A DNA stretch of 64,000 bases, taken from positions 4,249 through 68,248 of the forward strand of contig JAPOHH010000005.1 in assembly GCA_029979505.1 (NCBI GenBank), in the 5' to 3' direction. Made by a program: the position numbers and the translations under genes. Numbering within the stretch: position 1 is the stretch's first letter; each line of letters opens with the position of its first letter. The notes below the pieces were generated by a model. That model saw only the letters and a list, made by a program, of their open reading frames with translations, was not told the origin of the DNA and searched no databases. Positions 60,677 through 64,000 of the stretch are shown here, in pieces. Source of the stretch: a bacterium. Lineage in GTDB: Bacteria > Pseudomonadota > Gammaproteobacteria > GCA-002705445 > GCA-002716945.

Positions 60677-61297
60677 ATGAATAAAGACATTATAACGGTT
60701 GGTGACAAAGATAGCGCTGATATTAATTTAGTTTGGTTTCATGGCTATGGCGCAAATAACTGGAGTTTTGAGCCGTTTATAAAACTTCTGAACCTGAATC
60801 TTGATGGTAAGCTTTATATAATTATGCCCAACGCACCCATAGATGATGGCAAAAGATCATGGTACCCCCTCCCCAAGAGCATTGATGGAGACGTTATTGA
60901 AGATAATCAAGGATTAACAGATTCTAAAGAAATAATATCTAAACTACTTGAAGGTTATCTTGATAATAATAAAAGATTATATCTAGGAGGATTCTCACAG
61001 GGTGCAGCATTATCCTTATCGATGGGATTGTGTAATGATTTAAGCTGTGAGGGAATCATAGCAATATCGGGATATGTTCCATCAGCAAAAGAGATGACTA
61101 TCTTAAATAGAGATGCAGAGATTTATATAGCACATGGAAATAATGATACTACCATATCCATAGATACACATAATAGGTCTGTGGAATTTCTGAGACATAA
61201 TGGTTATAAACCGAACGAGTTCATAGATGAATGTGGTCATACAATCAGTAAAAAAATGATTGAGAATTTAACTGGTTGGCTATATAAAAGATTATAA
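60677..61297 (+). CDS. Phospholipase/carboxylesterase family alpha/beta hydrolase
   Basis: FHGYGA, PNAP, RSWY, GGFSQGA, ISGY, HGNND, GH catalytic triad motifs. Confidence 0.9.
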   Translation: MNKDIITVGDKDSADINLVWFHGYGANNWSFEPFIKLLNLNLDGKLYIIMPNAPIDDGKRSWYPLPKSIDGDVIEDNQGLTDSKEIISKLLEGYLDNNKRLYLGGFSQGAALSLSMGLCNDLSCEGIIAISGYVPSAKEMTILNRDAEIYIAHGNNDTTISIDTHNRSVEFLRHNGYKPNEFIDECGHTISKKMIENLTGWLYKRL

Positions 61298-61325
61298 AAA
61301 GGACAGGTATACCTGTCCTTTTTAT
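61294..61325. terminator. Bidirectional Rho-independent terminator (perfect 32-bp palindrome)
   Basis: ATAAAAAGGACAGGTA/TACCTGTCCTTTTTAT between convergent genes; T-tract on both strands. Confidence 0.9.
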
Positions 61326-61333
61326 TATTTAGA

Positions 61334-61690
61334 CTATTCGCGATGTCTTTGTGCTGCCGCCATTGCAGTTTCACTTCCGTATTTTTCATTGATTTTTTCA
61401 ACTGTCTCAAAGTGATCTGCACGTCTGTGCGTCAAACAATTTCCTTTTTTATCTACTCCCCAAAGTGCGTAAGCGATAAAAGGTTTGAGATGATCAGGCG
61501 TTTGGTCAAAGTGCGGTATACCGAAACGAATTAAAAGATTGTTTCTGTCTGCTCCGCTTGCTTTTTGTTCCTTCATAATACGTTGAACTTCAACTTGAAG
61601 ATCCTTAACGTCTTCACCATTCCAAGAACCAACAACAGTTCCGTCTGGTAATATAATGTCATCTCCGTTTGGTACTGGATGATCTGCCAT
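61334..61690 (-). CDS. Hypothetical protein, 118 aa, no family recognised
   Basis: Strong SD AGGAGGAG, own promoter and terminator, balanced amino-acid composition unlike spurious AT-rich ORFs. Confidence 0.85.
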   Translation of the reverse strand: MADHPVPNGDDIILPDGTVVGSWNGEDVKDLQVEVQRIMKEQKASGADRNNLLIRFGIPHFDQTPDHLKPFIAYALWGVDKKGNCLTHRRADHFETVEKINEKYGSETAMAAAQRHRE

Positions 61691-61758
61691 TTTTACTCCT
61701 CCTGTAAAATTTACCCTATGTGCTATAGTATATTACAAAATTCATATGATACTAACAA
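61691..61758 (-). promoter_or_regulatory. Sigma-70-type promoter and SD-in-loop hairpin for the 118-aa gene
   Basis: Minus strand TTGTTA (61758-61753), 17 nt, TAATAT (61735-61730); leader TTTTAC-AGGAGGA-GTAAAA directly before ATG. Confidence 0.6.
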
Positions 61759-61761
61759 GGA

Positions 61762-62130
61762 TTATTGGCAAGGAAACTGATTAATTAGACCATTCCTTAA
61801 GGCAAGGCCTATTAAAGGCTCGTTTTCATATTTTTTAAAAAAACCAGGCTTATTATTAATACTATCAATAATAACCTGCCTAAGTTTACTGGCTGGAAGA
61901 TCAATATTATTTGGTATGCAGTAAAACTCTATTTTATGTTTGCGATAATAAAGCTCCGATGCCCAAGCAAATCCGCTTTCGATACCATATATGTAAGAAT
62001 CATATGTGCCACTGTCATCACTTAAAAATTCTTTAACAGACGGTATTTGTGGTTGAGATAATGTTTCTTGTGAATATGAAACAGATATTAATATAAATAA
62101 GAGAATATTTCTAAATTTGGACATATCCAT
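61762..62130 (-). CDS. Exported Rap1a/Tai immunity-like protein
   Basis: Signal peptide; pattern YIYG...YCIP...LRQVI...P...LALRNGL..QFPC typical of Rap1a-type helical proteins. Confidence 0.6.
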   Translation of the reverse strand: MDMSKFRNILLFILISVSYSQETLSQPQIPSVKEFLSDDSGTYDSYIYGIESGFAWASELYYRKHKIEFYCIPNNIDLPASKLRQVIIDSINNKPGFFKKYENEPLIGLALRNGLINQFPCQ

Positions 62131-63508
62131 AAGGCTTTAAAGAAACAAGAATTTTTTTAGCTTGTTTTTTAACGTTGCTTGGTGATGTTGAACCAAGAGC
62201 TTTTTTAGAGTGAATTGATTTTTCGATATCGATGGCATCATAAACATCTTTTGTTATACTGCTGGAAAATTTTTTGAATATGCCAAGAGGTATTTCGTTT
62301 AAGCTAATTTTTTTCGATTCAGCATATTTGACAATATTGCCAACAATTTCATGAGAAGTTCTGAATGGGACACCTTTCATTGAGAGGTAATCGGCTAAGT
62401 CTGTTGCATTTGAGAAGTCCTGCTTAGAAAATGCAAGCGCTCTATCTTTGTTTACTTTCATCGTAGATATTAGTCTTGGCATTAAATTTAGACAGGATGT
62501 TACGCTCTCCAAAGCTTCTAACATAATGGTTTTATCTTCTTGCAAATCTCTATTATAAGTCAAAGGAAGACCCTTTAATAAAACAAATAGCGATGATAGT
62601 GAGCCAATGACAGCTGCCGATTTTCCTCTAATAAGCTCAGGAACATCTGGGTTTTTTTTCTGAGGCATTATGGATGATCCTGTACAAAACGCTTCGTCAA
62701 TATCGACAAGTTTAATGTGTGTGTTCATCCAGAATACAAGTTCTTCAGACATTCTAGATAAATGCATCATAACCATTGAGCACGTATACGCAAAATCACA
62801 TACAAAATCTCTGTCGCTTACAGAATCCATGGAATTGGTTGAAACTGATTTAAAGCCTAATTTCTTTGCTACTGTCTTTCTGTTTATATTGTATGGTGTA
62901 CCTGACAGTGCGGCGCTTCCCAGTGGTAAAATATTTAATCTGTCTTTTGTCTGTTCCATCCTTTGTTCATCCCTGGCTAGCATGTCATGCCAAGCAAGTA
63001 GGTGATGACCAAATGTTACGGGTTGGGCTAACTGTAGATGCGTATACCCTGGAAATATAGTTTCTGAATTATTGTATGATGCAACAGCTAGTGCATATCT
63101 TATATCTCTTAATTTATCTATGATTAGGGTAGAAGACTCCCTGAGATATAATCTAAAATCTGTAGCTACTAAATCATTTCTCGATCTACCCATGTGTATT
63201 TTCTTACCCAAATCACCAACTTCTTTCGTTAGTGCCTGTTCGATGTTCATGTGAACATCTTCATATTTTATAGACAAGGATAGCTTTCCTGAATCATATT
63301 TTTTTTGAACAGCCTTCAAACCTTTTATAAGAGTTATTGATTCTCTTTTAGTAATTATTTTGCACTCTCCGAGCATTTCGGCATGAGCAATACAAACTTT
63401 TATATCGCAATCAAAGAGAAGATGGTCAACGCTAACGCTCTCAGAAAACTCAAGCACATCCTCATCAAGCCCTTTTTTGAACCTTCCTGACCATGTAGAG
63501 TTTTTCAT
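62111..63508 (-). CDS. argH: Argininosuccinate lyase
   Basis: WSGRF, EDVHMNIE, GRSRND.VATD, PGYTHLQ.AQP, GSSIMPQKKNPD. Confidence 0.98.
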   Translation of the reverse strand: MKNSTWSGRFKKGLDEDVLEFSESVSVDHLLFDCDIKVCIAHAEMLGECKIITKRESITLIKGLKAVQKKYDSGKLSLSIKYEDVHMNIEQALTKEVGDLGKKIHMGRSRNDLVATDFRLYLRESSTLIIDKLRDIRYALAVASYNNSETIFPGYTHLQLAQPVTFGHHLLAWHDMLARDEQRMEQTKDRLNILPLGSAALSGTPYNINRKTVAKKLGFKSVSTNSMDSVSDRDFVCDFAYTCSMVMMHLSRMSEELVFWMNTHIKLVDIDEAFCTGSSIMPQKKNPDVPELIRGKSAAVIGSLSSLFVLLKGLPLTYNRDLQEDKTIMLEALESVTSCLNLMPRLISTMKVNKDRALAFSKQDFSNATDLADYLSMKGVPFRTSHEIVGNIVKYAESKKISLNEIPLGIFKKFSSSITKDVYDAIDIEKSIHSKKALGSTSPSNVKKQAKKILVSLKPYGYVQI

Positions 63509-63583
63509 AATAAATACATTGAAGTTTTAATATATGTCATATTGCCAGTATACTATAACTGAAATTTTGGTAATGCAATAATC

Positions 63584-64000
63584 ATGAATAATATTAAGCT
63601 AGCAACAAGAAATAGCCCTCTAGCGCTAAAGCAAGCCAATATTGTCAGTGATTATTTAATAGAGAATAAAGTTTTCGACAAAGTTAGCCTACTTCCGATG
63701 ACAACTGCTGGTGATAAAGTTGACAGTCAAACATTCAAGAGAAACGGCGGTAAAGGGCTTTTTTTAAAAGAGCTTGAAAACTCCCTATTATCTAAAGATG
63801 CGGATATTGCCATACATTCTATGAAAGACGTCCCTGCTAAACTTGATTCAAGATTTTCAGTTAGTACCATAATGAAAAGGGAGGATGCAAGAGATGTATT
63901 TATTTCTAAAAAATATAAAAGATTAGCAGATATTGAAAGCGGTGTAATTGGGTCATCTAGCCCTAGAAGACAAGCAATGGTAAAAAACAAATACTGTAAA
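63584..64000 (+). CDS. hemC: Hydroxymethylbilane synthase (partial, runs off window)
   Basis: Not in ORF track. Manual translation MNNIKLATRNSPLALKQA...TTAGD...GGKGLFLKELE...DIAIHSMKDVP...REDARD...GSSSPRR. Confidence 0.95.
   Translation, partial: MNNIKLATRNSPLALKQANIVSDYLIENKVFDKVSLLPMTTAGDKVDSQTFKRNGGKGLFLKELENSLLSKDADIAIHSMKDVPAKLDSRFSVSTIMKREDARDVFISKKYKRLADIESGVIGSSSPRRQAMVKNKYCK

Noticed and set aside
312-63990. Many 60-150 aa antisense or alternate-frame ORFs in the track (e.g. 14990-15394, 20208-20654, 57839-58240, 63727-63990)
   Set aside because: They are shadows of well-conserved genes, rich in Ser/Ile/Phe and without motifs or initiation signals
1-64000. CRISPR arrays, IS elements, prophage, rRNA, riboswitches, trp/his attenuators
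   Set aside because: All intergenic gaps are under about 150 nt and none shows such repeats, leader peptides or aptamer motifs by eye

Overview
AT-rich (roughly 30% GC by eye), extremely gene-dense window from what looks like a streamlined, probably marine, Gammaproteobacterium. The taxonomy is inferred from gene order and protein types only. It is almost entirely housekeeping: speD-VOC-trpCDGE-rpe, purC-bioD, tkt-gap-pgk-pyk-fba, rpoD-msrA-tRNA-Ile2, his-tat, trk-fmt-def, topA-tsaC-hemF, hemB-aroE, ubiA-bioBF-coaBC-dut-algC-argB, pyrE/xth-ampG-rraA-ccmAB, ccmC, cysQ-nudE/yrfG, lptM-lysA-dapF-xerC-hslVU-ridA-recG-ubiC, and argH/hemC. I found no mobile element, prophage, CRISPR array or rRNA. 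The most interesting signals are small and dispersed: (1) an unannotated ~50-nt two-hairpin RNA candidate exposing an anti-Shine-Dalgarno loop (CCUCCUCC) behind a DUF3050 diiron-type gene; (2) a few orphan accessory genes with the strongest SD sites I noticed, namely a Fae paralog lacking the catalytic His, a pseudoazurin, and a 118-aa unknown protein whose SD sits in a hairpin loop; (3) an orphan Rap1a-like immunity protein; (4) ccmC inverted against ccmAB; (5) a frameshift in hslV; (6) ORFs missed by the track (speD, lptM, hemC and a 46-aa candidate). All family assignments are by motif recognition; no searches were run.
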